Shown piece after piece: positions 1 through 9,880 of a stretch of 64,000 nt of DNA; the first letter of the stretch is position 1; every line of letters begins with the position of its first letter. The stretch comes from Candidatus Woesearchaeota archaeon (GTDB taxonomy: Archaea; Nanobdellota; Nanobdellia; Woesearchaeales; SM23-78), in the NCBI GenBank assembly GCA_016932315.1, contig JAFGDD010000008.1, positions 8,588 through 72,587 of the forward strand. The letters are read 5' to 3'. The translations under genes and the position numbers were made by a program. The notes under the pieces were generated by a model. That model was not told the DNA's origin. It saw nothing but the letters and a program-made list of their open reading frames with translations, and ran no database searches.

Positions 1-1
1 T

Positions 2-346
2 TATGTCGCCGCGGTTAAAGCCGTTCCTGAAAGAATATTCCTGAAAATTAGCCTTGGTTATGTTAAGGGCAAGATAATAATCCTCGTTCTTAACCCACCA
101 ATCATCAAAATTCATTCCCTGGTGTTCCATGCTGTTGCTCACAACTGCGACTATAGGGAAGCCTGTGCCAAAGATTAGTCCAAGCCCCGGATAAACTATG
201 AACCTTATCAGGACGTAAGCCAGTATGATATTAACAATCCAGCTCCAGACAGAATTATCATGCCAGATAAAATGCCAGATTTGCTCCCATAGTGTCTTGG
301 GCTTCTTATGAGCATGAGCCTTTTCTTTTTGCTTTTTATCAATCAT
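2..346 (-). CDS. Signal peptidase I (S26), N-terminal part; runs off window start
   Basis: Manual translation MIDKKQKEKAHAHKKPKTLWEQIWHFIWHDNSVWSWIVNIILAYVLIRF...FPIVAVVSNSMEH...GFNRGDI: TM helix, VVSxSM serine motif and GD motif; not in ORF track. Confidence 0.8.
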   Translation of the reverse strand, partial: MIDKKQKEKAHAHKKPKTLWEQIWHFIWHDNSVWSWIVNIILAYVLIRFIVYPGLGLIFGTGFPIVAVVSNSMEHQGMNFDDWWVKNEDYYLALNITKANFQEYSFRNGFNRGDI

Positions 347-466
347 TCTAAATCATGAGAAGCAGAGGGTTAAAAAAGCTTGTGGTTTTCATAGTTTATA
401 AATCCCTCCCAAAGCTTTAAAAACCCTGTTTGCTTCCCTTTTTTCTGTTAAGGGGGAGTGTTTTTT

Positions 467-1339
467 ATGAAAGCAATTGCTCTTACATTGTGTTCTTGCA
501 ATCGTTACCTTGATAAGAATCAGTGGAAGCCTTATAAGAGTATTGAGAAGCTCGTGGCTGACAAAGTCAAGAAGCAAGTGCCAAAGGGCAAAGTATTAGT
601 TAAAAATCTTGAGCTTCCTCAAGCGCTAAAAGATAAGAGAGACCACGAAGTTATTGTCAAGGTTAAGAAGGAAGAAAAGATTATCCCAGTCAGCCTTAAG
701 CTGGTGAAGTGTGATGCTTGCGCAAGGGAAGGAACACAGTACTTTGAAGCCATCCTCCAAGTCAGGTGCAGCAATTACGAAATTCTTGAGAAGAGCATAA
801 ACTTTCTGCAGAAAAGAGTAAGTGAGCTAAGGCATAAGGGCATGTTCATCAACAAGGTAGAGCAGCAGGATGACGGCTTTGACCTGTACATGACTAACAG
901 GAAGATAACCCAGAACCTTGGCAAGGAATTACAGGAAGCATTCGGGGGAGAGTACAACGCCAGCCCTCAGCTCTTTACCAAGAACAAGCAAACCAGCAAG
1001 AACGTCTACCGCGTCAACGTGCTTGTCAGGCTGCCAAGCTTTGAAAGAGGAGACATAATCCTGGTAGATGACAGGGTTTACAAGGTTGAAAAGCTCGGAA
1101 GCAAGATAAAGCTCACAGACCTAGCCACCAATAACCAGCTAATAAGTGGTTATACAAAGCTTAGCTATGCAGTGCTCAAGAAGCACACAACTTATGTTTC
1201 AAGAACCCGCCCATACCTTGAAGTGATTAATCCTTTTGACTTCCAGAGCAGCATGGTAAGGAACAGGCCTGCTAACATGTTCGAGCTCGGCCAAGAAATA
1301 AAAGTAGTGGTACACAAAGGGATATTTGTGGTGGATTAG
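467..1339 (+). CDS. NMD3-family 50S ribosomal subunit maturation protein
   Basis: CSC and CDAC zinc knuckles, YFEAILQVR motif, C-terminal OB/KOW-like region; ATG at 467. Confidence 0.8.
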   Translation: MKAIALTLCSCNRYLDKNQWKPYKSIEKLVADKVKKQVPKGKVLVKNLELPQALKDKRDHEVIVKVKKEEKIIPVSLKLVKCDACAREGTQYFEAILQVRCSNYEILEKSINFLQKRVSELRHKGMFINKVEQQDDGFDLYMTNRKITQNLGKELQEAFGGEYNASPQLFTKNKQTSKNVYRVNVLVRLPSFERGDIILVDDRVYKVEKLGSKIKLTDLATNNQLISGYTKLSYAVLKKHTTYVSRTRPYLEVINPFDFQSSMVRNRPANMFELGQEIKVVVHKGIFVVD

Positions 1340-1354
1340 AAAATAACTAATAAT

Positions 1355-2509
1355 TTAGTCCTCTTTCCTCCTCTCCTTCTTATAATCTTCTAAAATATTC
1401 TTTAGGATATCCTTCTTTCTAATTGCTTCCTCAAGAGAATTCTTTTCTGCAATTGCAAAATTCTCATTCTGCTTTACTATTATTCCTTCTGGCTTTAGGA
1501 ATACAAATGTACTATCTCCGCGCTTTGGAACATTATCTGTTATTACCACTTTGACCTTGCCTTTTAATTCATCAATCACCTTCTGGCTTATGCTTCCAGG
1601 ATTATTGACAAACAAGATATCCCCTTGTTGTATGTCAAGGAATTTCTTTAAGATGAATTCGTCCCAGCTCAAATCATTCAGCTTCTTCACCAGCACCTTA
1701 TTTTTTAAGGCTATCAGGAAATCATCCTTCCGCCTAAGCTCTTTCTCGTAGTGCTGGGCCATTCTCATGTTGTCTTTGAGCTGCTTTGTATAAAATTTAA
1801 TCCTTTTCTCCTTGTAATCCACTAGTTCTTCTTTTGGCGCGCTTAATACTCTCTTGCTAAGCTTTCTTAGTATCACGTCCTTCTCGCCAATTAAGCGCTT
1901 TAAATTCCGATTCTCTTCTTCCAGCAAGATTATTTTTTCCTGCATCTCGCGAAGCATCTTCTCATTAAAGACAAGCTTCTCTGTCTCCTTCACTATTTGC
2001 TTTGGAGTTTCAATAATCCTGGCTTTGTCCTTTTGCTCTGCCATATTAAGAGCAGCATCAAGAGGCAGGTGTTCGTTGCGCATCATGATGAGCTTTACAG
2101 CCTCTTCAAGCTCTCTCTTATCATTCTCCTCAAGAAACTTTTCAATCTTGCCAAAGAATAACCTGTGCTTCTCAAATGCATGAACAGCAGATGCTAATGC
2201 ATCAATTTCGTGAGCATTAAGCTTGACATCAAAACCCTTGCTTATTTCGCGCTTCTCAGAAACCAATAAGTCCTGCCTTGGATAAGCCAGTTTTGCTCCA
2301 AGCTTCACTGCAAGGCTCTCTGCAAACCACGGCGGAGGATTCTTGTCGCAGCCAACAATCAAAGGCTTGCCAAAGCTTATGATATTATTTATTAGCTCAC
2401 TCATTGAAAATTCTTTTCCAGAGCCGCTGGTGATGAAATTTCCTTTATCATCAAGAACAGCATATCCTAATGTAGTGCCAGGGTCCACGCCGATAATAAG
2501 TAAAACCAT
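1355..2509 (-). CDS. DUF460 family protein (RNase H-like N-terminal domain plus coiled coil)
   Basis: IIGVDPGTTLGYAVLD, DLLVSEK, HEIDALASA motifs. Confidence 0.8.
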   Translation of the reverse strand: MVLLIIGVDPGTTLGYAVLDDKGNFITSGSGKEFSMSELINNIISFGKPLIVGCDKNPPPWFAESLAVKLGAKLAYPRQDLLVSEKREISKGFDVKLNAHEIDALASAVHAFEKHRLFFGKIEKFLEENDKRELEEAVKLIMMRNEHLPLDAALNMAEQKDKARIIETPKQIVKETEKLVFNEKMLREMQEKIILLEEENRNLKRLIGEKDVILRKLSKRVLSAPKEELVDYKEKRIKFYTKQLKDNMRMAQHYEKELRRKDDFLIALKNKVLVKKLNDLSWDEFILKKFLDIQQGDILFVNNPGSISQKVIDELKGKVKVVITDNVPKRGDSTFVFLKPEGIIVKQNENFAIAEKNSLEEAIRKKDILKNILEDYKKERRKED

Positions 2510-2572
2510 GTTTTATATGCAGAAAATTTATATATTCTTATTAAGTTTGCGGAATTTTTGGGAGGGAGAGCC

Positions 2573-3598
2573 ATGGAATCTTATACTAGAGGAAAGCTTG
2601 GTATTATGAGCTGTGACTCTGGCAGGCCTTTTGCAGAGAAAGTCATTGCTGAGCTCAAATTAATGCTCGCAGATGAAGGAGCTTCTGACAGCGCAGAGAT
2701 TATCAAGACAAAGGAAACCAAGTTCGCCAATACAGAGCTAAAAACAGAGATTGGGGAGAGCATCAGAAACAGGGATGTTTACATATTCCAGGACTTAGAA
2801 AACAAGGAAGGCGGGTTGAGTGTTAATGATAATTTTATGGTCTTAAAAACAGCTATCCAGTCAGCTAATCTGGCTGATGCTCATTACATAACCGCAGTAA
2901 TCCCCGCATTCCCCTATGCCCGGCAGGATAAGCCTAAGACCAGGGAAGGCATAACTGCAGCTTTGGCTGCTTGGGAATTAGAAAGTGCAGGAGCTACTAG
3001 GGTTTTAACTCTTGACGTGCATAACGACGCTATTGCTGGCTTTTTCCGGAAGGCTAAGCTTGAGAACCTACACGCGTCAAAGAACATAATGGATTATCTG
3101 AAAGAAAAAATTGGAATAAAGGACTTAATCATTGTTGCGCCTGATGCAGGCGCTGCTGAACGGGCTGTTCATTACGCAAAAAAGCTTGGGACGCCGGTAG
3201 CATTGCTTCACAAGGAAAGGGATTATTCAAAAGTAAGCACTGTTGAGAACGTGCGCCTTGTAGGAGATGTCAATGGCAAGAAGGTTTTTGTGGTTGACGA
3301 CATAATAGACACAGCAGGAACCATGCTCAGGTCTGCGCAGAAGCTCAAGGAAGCAGGAGCAAAAGAGATATATTTTGCAGCCAGCCTTTGCCTGTTCAAC
3401 GGGCCAGCAATTGATAGGATAAACTCAGCGCATAAGGAAAAGCTGATTACCAAGATCATAGGAACAGATGCAGTATATCACGGAGAAGGATTCGCAAAAA
3501 ACAATCCTTGGTATGATGAAGTCAGCGTAGCCAAGTACTTTGCAAGAGTCATCTACAACATCAACAAAGGAATAAGCATAAGCAGACTGCTGGACTGA
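2573..3598 (+). CDS. prs: Ribose-phosphate pyrophosphokinase
   Basis: PAFPYARQDK, VAPDAG, VDDIIDTAGT PRPP-binding loop; GGAG upstream of ATG 2573. Confidence 0.93.
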   Translation: MESYTRGKLGIMSCDSGRPFAEKVIAELKLMLADEGASDSAEIIKTKETKFANTELKTEIGESIRNRDVYIFQDLENKEGGLSVNDNFMVLKTAIQSANLADAHYITAVIPAFPYARQDKPKTREGITAALAAWELESAGATRVLTLDVHNDAIAGFFRKAKLENLHASKNIMDYLKEKIGIKDLIIVAPDAGAAERAVHYAKKLGTPVALLHKERDYSKVSTVENVRLVGDVNGKKVFVVDDIIDTAGTMLRSAQKLKEAGAKEIYFAASLCLFNGPAIDRINSAHKEKLITKIIGTDAVYHGEGFAKNNPWYDEVSVAKYFARVIYNINKGISISRLLD

Positions 3599-3636
3599 AT
3601 TGTTTTTATTCTTTTTATGTTTTTTATTCTTGCTTT

Positions 3637-5235
3637 TTATTCCTCATCATATTTCATTATAGAAGTCTGCCCTTTTCTCTTAGTTTCTTTAACCTGCACT
3701 TTTTCTTCTCGCAAGTCCTCACCTACCTGTTTCTTGATTGACAAGGCAACCATTTTTCCAATTAGTTGTGTTAGCAGGCTCAAGTCTGCTTTCTTCACAT
3801 CCTCGATGTCTTTTATCTTGTTTTGATAAAGCTTTCTCGCTCTTATTCTTCCGATGTTCTTGAATCTCAGCAACGGAAGCAGTTCTTCTTTTGCTCCGTA
3901 TTTCAGGCGCATCCTTATCTTTGCTATTTCTTTTATTAATCCGTGCAGTTTTATCAGCTTTGCAAGTTCTTCAGAAGAATACAATAGCCAATCTGCAAGG
4001 TCAAGCTTGACTCTGGTCTCTCCTGGGCGTACATTGAATTTCTCAAGCAATGTTTCCTCATCTACTTCGTTTATCCAGTCATAAAAGAATAATGCAGTCT
4101 TCATGCTTTTCAGGTATTCCTCGTATTCTGGCTCAAACATGCTAGGCTCTAGCGAGAGTATTGATGAGCTGAACTCATTGGCTTTTTGCTCTATCAAATC
4201 ATACTCTTTTACTTTTACTGTTAGCAAAGGCCTCATTTCTATTGTGTATGAAAGCATTTGCAGGAATGAGAAATCCTTTAGTATCTTGGTTTCTGCTCTT
4301 CGCATGCATGTTATCAGGTAATGAGCAGTGTAAGGGTCAAGGTAGAGCTGGCTTACTCTCTGCCCGAGTATTGTTGCTTCCAAACCTGTTTCTTTTTCTT
4401 CTTTTCGCCCCTCTTTTCCCTCATTCTTATTATCAATTATTTCTATGAACCCCCATTCTTTCAATGATTTAAGGATTCTCTTGATTATTTCTTCCAATTG
4501 CCTTACATCGCCGAATTGGTGGGCGTAGAATGTTTTCTTGAAGAAATCCATTAATGATTTTTTTGTATTAGCGTATTCTGTGGCTACTAGGCTGAGAACA
4601 TAAGTCCTTAGCACAGGCTCAACTGCTAGCTTGCTAAGTATATCCTCTGTTTCGCCGTTAATATAATTGTCAAAAATCTTTTCTTTTTCAGAATCAGTTT
4701 CTGCAATGCAAAGAGCTTCTCCGTACTCATCATTAAAGTCAGGCCTGCCTGCTCTGCCGCAGAACTGCTGGAATTCAAGCACAGGAATCCACGACATGCC
4801 TCTTGGTGAGCTAAATCTTTTCAAGTCCCGCACAATAACTCTGAAAGCAGGAAGGTTCAATCCATAAGCCAGCGTTGGCGTTGCGCAAATTATTTTTATT
4901 AATCCGCTCCTGAAATTATCCTCTATTAATTCCCTTTGCTGGGAGTGCAAGCCTGCATGATGGAAAGCAACCCCGCTCCTGACGCACAACGCAAGCCTTT
5001 GGCATTGCTTGGTAGGCTTGTCAAGCGCGTTAAGCACATTGCTGGCAAGCAATTCAAGCTTATCCCTGTCAGAACCATCAATCTTGACTTTTGCGCTAAT
5101 CCTCTCAGCCTCAGCCTCTGCGCTGCTCTTGGAATTGACAAAAACCAAAGCCTGCTTCTTCCTCTCAAGAGTGTCCAGGCAGATGTTAAGAACGCTGTGC
5201 TCATACAGATGCTTAATCTTGAGGGTTTTTTGCAT
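3637..5235 (-). CDS. Hel308/Ski2-like helicase, C-terminal part only (RecA2, winged helix, ratchet, HhH)
   Basis: QALVFVNS, FHHAGL, ATPTLAYGLNLP, QFCGRAGRP, IGRIRARKLY present; no Walker A or DExH motif. Confidence 0.85.
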   Translation of the reverse strand: MQKTLKIKHLYEHSVLNICLDTLERKKQALVFVNSKSSAEAEAERISAKVKIDGSDRDKLELLASNVLNALDKPTKQCQRLALCVRSGVAFHHAGLHSQQRELIEDNFRSGLIKIICATPTLAYGLNLPAFRVIVRDLKRFSSPRGMSWIPVLEFQQFCGRAGRPDFNDEYGEALCIAETDSEKEKIFDNYINGETEDILSKLAVEPVLRTYVLSLVATEYANTKKSLMDFFKKTFYAHQFGDVRQLEEIIKRILKSLKEWGFIEIIDNKNEGKEGRKEEKETGLEATILGQRVSQLYLDPYTAHYLITCMRRAETKILKDFSFLQMLSYTIEMRPLLTVKVKEYDLIEQKANEFSSSILSLEPSMFEPEYEEYLKSMKTALFFYDWINEVDEETLLEKFNVRPGETRVKLDLADWLLYSSEELAKLIKLHGLIKEIAKIRMRLKYGAKEELLPLLRFKNIGRIRARKLYQNKIKDIEDVKKADLSLLTQLIGKMVALSIKKQVGEDLREEKVQVKETKRKGQTSIMKYDEE

Positions 5236-5272
5236 TAAAACAAAGCGAAGAGAAGCGTTCTTATAAAACTTT

Positions 5273-7159
5273 TTACTCAGTCAGCTTGTTCAGCTCTTCA
5301 ATATCCTTTTGTATTAGGTCATAGAAGTGCTGCGAGAATTCCCTGGGGCGTATGTCAAAGCCAACCTCTCTCTTGAGAACCTCTTCTATTGATGCATCAC
5401 CTGCTGACATAATATTTATTATGTTAGGCACAATTTTTTCTCCTTGCTTTTTGTACTGCTCATGCAATGCATAACCATTAATGAATCCAAATGGATAAGA
5501 AAAGTCCTGGCCAGGGGCGCAGAAAAGGTTGGATGCTGTCAGCCATTCATCCTTGAAGTATTCTGGTACATGAATGTCCTCCCCAAAATGTTCCTTAAGC
5601 CTCTTTAGGTATAGCGTGGACAAGTCTCCTATCTCTGACCTTGGAGAGTTTATCAGGTTGTGGGCTTCCTTCTCAAAATTGACAAGGAAAGCCTTTCTTA
5701 CTGTTGAATAATAAGCCTGGTCGAGGAAATGCATAATATACCTCTTTTTCAGCTCAGGATTGTCTTTGGCTTCGTCAAAGAAGTCATCAAAGAGCAACAT
5801 CTGAAAAAAGAAAGAGCTTATCTCTGCTACTGGCTCTGAGGGGTTGTATGTAAGCACATTATTCTTCTTGCAGCTAAAATAATTTTGAATGGCGTGGCCG
5901 AACTCGTGCACCGAGTCTATACAGTCATTTACAGAGCCTGTGTAATTCGTCAGGATGTAAGGCAGGATGCTTGGAGGAGTGGAATAGCAGAAGGCCCCAC
6001 ACCACTTATTCTTCTGCGGCTTGGAATGAATATATCCCTTATTTGCCATCTCCAAGATGACATTGGCTGCCTCCGGGTAAAAATTATAAAACACTTTCAA
6101 TATCCGGTTCATGCCTACTTCAAAACCTATTTTTTTATGGTTCTTGCCGTTAGAATTGATGTCAATATCAATACAGCTCATCCTTCCTCTTATGCCGATT
6201 AGTTTTCTCTTAATCTTAGAGAAATAATCAGTGGTGAACAAATGAGTGTTCTGCTTGGAAACATCTAGAAAGGTGTTGACAATGCCGTCATCAATTCCAT
6301 TCTCAAAGTTTATCTGAGCAAAGGTGGATGCATATTTCCTCTGGTCAGACTCTGCCTTAAGCTCTGTGCTCTGGACGATGAAAGAGCCTCCAACAGTATC
6401 CTTAACCTCGCCATACTTTCTGAACAACTCCTTATGAGCCTGTTCCCTCATCTGCTTTTTCTTATGATGTAGGTAAGCTCCGAGCTGTATCTCATCAAGC
6501 ACCCTGGTCCTTAGAACGTTCTTCTTCCTCTTAGAGCCTTTCCTTCTTATCTTGACGTGCTCCTGAATCGTGAATTTCAGGTTTGAAGTCACTTCTTCAT
6601 AGTATTCTGAGCGCTCCACCTGGCCGAGCATGTGCAGTGAGTTAAGGATTTTCTCAATGCCCTCATCAAGGATGTGAGGCTTAAACCTCCTCTCCTCTCT
6701 CAAGAAGGGCTCATACTCTCCCGACTGCTCGGCAAGCCTCTCAAAATTCTCATCATCAACCTCTTTTCCTACCCATGATTCAAAGAACAACAGCCTGTTG
6801 CTAATCCTGGCATCGAAAAGCCGGATATCATACCTGTTCTTCTTATTCACGTCGCTCTTATAATCCTCAGAAAATTTTAGATAACTAGCATCATAAAGCC
6901 TCCAAAGGCTTTCCTTGATACCAGCGTAATGCTGAATCAAAGAAAGAAAATCCTGGCTATCTATTGATGGCGAAAGCAAGCCCCTCCTGCTCTCAAACTC
7001 CCTCACTCTCCTCTCTATCTCCTTTTTCTTCCTATCAAGAACAGGGGAAAAGTCTCCGTCATGACGAGCCACAATCCTCTCAAGGTTTTTGCGGTTTTCT
7101 GGCGTCCCATCAGACAGCAAGTGAAGCAAATCCCAAGGCTTCAGCCTAAATCTCTTCAT
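5273..7159 (-). CDS. M3B oligoendopeptidase F-like peptidase
   Basis: HEFGH zinc motif, downstream AEISS, GAFCY...PYILTNY. Confidence 0.85.
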   Translation of the reverse strand: MKRFRLKPWDLLHLLSDGTPENRKNLERIVARHDGDFSPVLDRKKKEIERRVREFESRRGLLSPSIDSQDFLSLIQHYAGIKESLWRLYDASYLKFSEDYKSDVNKKNRYDIRLFDARISNRLLFFESWVGKEVDDENFERLAEQSGEYEPFLREERRFKPHILDEGIEKILNSLHMLGQVERSEYYEEVTSNLKFTIQEHVKIRRKGSKRKKNVLRTRVLDEIQLGAYLHHKKKQMREQAHKELFRKYGEVKDTVGGSFIVQSTELKAESDQRKYASTFAQINFENGIDDGIVNTFLDVSKQNTHLFTTDYFSKIKRKLIGIRGRMSCIDIDINSNGKNHKKIGFEVGMNRILKVFYNFYPEAANVILEMANKGYIHSKPQKNKWCGAFCYSTPPSILPYILTNYTGSVNDCIDSVHEFGHAIQNYFSCKKNNVLTYNPSEPVAEISSFFFQMLLFDDFFDEAKDNPELKKRYIMHFLDQAYYSTVRKAFLVNFEKEAHNLINSPRSEIGDLSTLYLKRLKEHFGEDIHVPEYFKDEWLTASNLFCAPGQDFSYPFGFINGYALHEQYKKQGEKIVPNIINIMSAGDASIEEVLKREVGFDIRPREFSQHFYDLIQKDIEELNKLTE

Positions 7160-7274
7160 CTATTAAGCTCCCATCACCCCTTCCGAAATAAACAATGTCG
7201 TCATTATTTAATAAATTTTTGGTTTTGTGTTCATCGCGGAATTTCATCGTCAATCAGCAGGATAGAAAAAATAA

Positions 7275-7601
7275 TGAGCCCACCGTGACATTCAGAGATT
7301 TTGCATTTCGTAAGTTTCGGAGGACTTAACGAAGTTAATGCCCTCCTTAAACGCTTTTTACGAGATTTTTTGCAAAAATCTCATTTGAACACGGGACCCC
7401 ACGATATCTGCTCCCACGCTCAGAAATTCTTGGAATTTCTGGCGCCTCGCGCTTACGCGCTACGGTATCAGTCGTGTGCTCCAGTTGCCTAATACCTTTA
7501 CGAAGTCTTTCTTAGTCCGTGGAATTTCACGAAGTGAATATCCCACTTAACTTTTTCCCTTAAGGCTTTCGCAAAGGCTTACCAGGCTAAGCTATGGGCT
7601 C
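7275..7601 (-). tRNA. tRNA-Ile(GAT) with three introns (about 7482-7579 D arm, 7406-7465 at 37/38, 7289-7383 at 59/60)
   Basis: Exons join to a 74-nt cloverleaf: acceptor GAGCCCA/TGGGCTC+A, D stem GCTT/GAGC, anticodon arm CACGA-CTGATAA-TCGTG, T arm CCGTG-TTCAAAT-CACGG. D-arm junction is uncertain by 1-2 nt. Confidence 0.88.
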
Positions 7602-7605
7602 AAAG

Positions 7606-7693
7606 CGCCTCCAGCCGGATTTGAACCGACGACCGCGCGGTTTCAGTATAAAAAATTTAACAGCCGCGAGCTCCACCGCTAAGCTATGGAGGC
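7606..7693 (-). tRNA. tRNA-Asn(GTT) with 16-nt canonical intron (7642-7657)
   Basis: Acceptor GCCTCCA/TGGAGGC+G, anticodon arm CGCGG-CTGTTA^A-CCGCG, T arm GTCGG-TTCAAAT-CCGGC; 4 nt upstream of tRNA-Ile, so probably dicistronic. Confidence 0.93.
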
Positions 7694-7765
7694 ATTTATT
7701 ATTAGGGAATTGAACTAATAAACTGTTTATATAGTTTTCTTTTAATTAATATAGAAAGAGTATTT

Positions 7766-9160
7766 TTAAATCTTCTTAACCCTCGGACCCTCAGAGGTGT
7801 CCTCGAGAACATAGCCTTTGACTTTTATATCCGCTCTAATCTTATCTGAGAGCTTGAAATCCTTTTTCTTCCTCGCTTCTTCCCGCTTATCAACAAGTTC
7901 CTGCACATCAACAGGTATGTCTATCTTTTCTTCTTTCAGCAAGTCAAAGCCGAGTATCTCGTCAAAATCAGCTATTAATTCCAGCTTGGTATTTGGGCTC
8001 ATAGCATTGTCTGTTATCATCTGGTTAAGGTTGGCGAGCGCTTGGGGCATGTTAAGGTCATCATTAACTGCTTGCATAAAAATTGTTCGGTATTTCTCCT
8101 TGAATTCAGGATTGACCTCGCCGCCTGCCTGCCTCTTTATCTCACTAATCCTGTTCTTCAAGGAATTATAAGCACTGGCTGCTGTGTCAAGCCCTTCCCA
8201 GCTGAACATTAACTGCTTCCTGTAATGAGTTCCTAAACAGAAGTATCTGTAAGCAAGAGGGTCATAGCCCTTGTCAATAAGTGATTGCAAAGTCAGGAAC
8301 CCTCCTGCACTCTTAGCCATCTTGCCCTTATCCATCACCAAGAATTCGCCGTGAAGCCAGTACTTGACCCAGGGCTTCTTCTGAAAAGCAGCCTCTGCCT
8401 GAGCAATCTCGTTAGTATGATGCACAGGAATATGATCTATCCCTCCGGTGTGGATGTCAAACTGCTCTCCTAGGTAATGCGAGCTCATGGCAGAGCACTC
8501 AATATGCCAGCCAGGATAGCCAATGCCCCAGGGGCTTTCCCATTTCATCTCCTGAGCCCCAAACTTTGACTTAGTAAACCAGAGAACAAAATCAGTCGGG
8601 CTCTTTTTGTTCTGGTCCTTGTCAGTCCTGGCGCCCTCTTTGAGTTCATCCAGTTTTAGTCTTGCCAATTTGCCGTAATCATCAAGCTTGGCAGTGTCAA
8701 AGTAAAGGTTGCCGCCTTTGAAATAAGCAAATCCGTTCTTTTCTATCTTCTCATTCATCTCAATCATCTGCTTGATATGCTCAGTAGCCTTGCAAATAAT
8801 CTCAGGCTTCTGGATGTTAAGCCTGCCTGTATCCTTAAAAAATGATTCAGTGTAAAACTTCGCAATCTCCAGAGCAGACTTATGCTCTCTCTTAGAAGCC
8901 AACAGCATCTTATCCTCTCCCTCATCAGAATCGCTTGTTAAATGGCCGACATCAGTAATGTTCATTACCTGATTGAGCTCAAAGCCGTTCTTAATAAGAG
9001 TTCTGCGCAGTATATCATTAAAGATGTAAGTCCTCAAGTTGCCAATATGGGCGTAATTATAGACAGTAGGGCCGCAAGAATACATCCCGACTTTTTTGGC
9101 ATGAATAGGCTTGAACTCCTCCTTCTTCCTTCCAAGCGTGTTATACACTTTTAATGCCAT
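7766..9160 (-). CDS. cysS: Cysteinyl-tRNA synthetase
   Basis: CGPTVY, HIGN, PGWHIEC, KMAKS motifs; start MALKVYNTL. Confidence 0.96.
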   Translation of the reverse strand: MALKVYNTLGRKKEEFKPIHAKKVGMYSCGPTVYNYAHIGNLRTYIFNDILRRTLIKNGFELNQVMNITDVGHLTSDSDEGEDKMLLASKREHKSALEIAKFYTESFFKDTGRLNIQKPEIICKATEHIKQMIEMNEKIEKNGFAYFKGGNLYFDTAKLDDYGKLARLKLDELKEGARTDKDQNKKSPTDFVLWFTKSKFGAQEMKWESPWGIGYPGWHIECSAMSSHYLGEQFDIHTGGIDHIPVHHTNEIAQAEAAFQKKPWVKYWLHGEFLVMDKGKMAKSAGGFLTLQSLIDKGYDPLAYRYFCLGTHYRKQLMFSWEGLDTAASAYNSLKNRISEIKRQAGGEVNPEFKEKYRTIFMQAVNDDLNMPQALANLNQMITDNAMSPNTKLELIADFDEILGFDLLKEEKIDIPVDVQELVDKREEARKKKDFKLSDKIRADIKVKGYVLEDTSEGPRVKKI

Positions 9161-9278
9161 GATAAACACCAATAATATAGAGGGTTTTTTAAAGGTTACT
9201 AAAAGGAACAACAAAGATGAAATCTTTGCATGTTGTCATAAAGAAACATTAATAAACAGCTTTCTATTAAGCTCCTGG

Positions 9279-9773
9279 ATGAGTTATCTCATTATTATCC
9301 GCGGTCCTTTAGGCGTTGGCAAATCCACGGTTGCAAAGAAACTCGCACGTTCCATTAAAGGAAAATACGTCTCAGTTGATGAATTGCTTGCAAAACATGG
9401 TCTTGACAATGTTGACAGGAAAGAAGGCTGCATCCCCCTCAAGAATTTTATTAGGCTCAACGAAATCATCTTACCTGAAATAAAAAGCTTCTTAGCCAAA
9501 GGCACTGACGTTGTTGTTGACGGCAATTTCTATCATAAGGCACAGATAGAGCATTTGATTAATAGTATCCTGCCTAACAAATCTTGTGTTTTTACACTTA
9601 CTGCATCTTTAAACGATTGCATCCAAAGAGATAAATCCAGGAAAAAATGCTATGGAGCAAAGGCAACCAGAGCTGTTTATGAATTGGTTTCAAAAGTCAA
9701 TTATGGAAAAAAGGTTCTCACATCAGGCAAAACCGCAGATCAGATTGTAAAGAAAATTATTTCTTTGCAATAG
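9279..9773 (+). CDS. P-loop kinase (AAA_33 / nucleoside-monophosphate-kinase-like)
   Basis: IIIRGPLGVGKST Walker A, VVVDG, CIQRDKSR lid. Confidence 0.8.
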   Translation: MSYLIIIRGPLGVGKSTVAKKLARSIKGKYVSVDELLAKHGLDNVDRKEGCIPLKNFIRLNEIILPEIKSFLAKGTDVVVDGNFYHKAQIEHLINSILPNKSCVFTLTASLNDCIQRDKSRKKCYGAKATRAVYELVSKVNYGKKVLTSGKTADQIVKKIISLQ

Positions 9774-9868
9774 TGCAAAGAATTTTTTTGGTTTTTAGAA
9801 AAAAATTTGCAAAAAATCAAAATGATAATATTTAAATATAAGGATTTATACATATTGAATTATAAAAA

Positions 9869-9880
9869 TTTTGTCGTCGA
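9869..9880. promoter_or_regulatory. Putative operator TTTTGTCGTCGA (related copies at 13482-13493 and 31044-31055)
   Basis: Same 12-mer, inverted, upstream of both transcription units of the ATP-grasp cluster, in very AT-rich spacers. Confidence 0.35.

Noticed and set aside
7301..7492. ORF-track 63-aa ORF
   Set aside because: Antisense to the intron-containing tRNA-Ile; no protein features.
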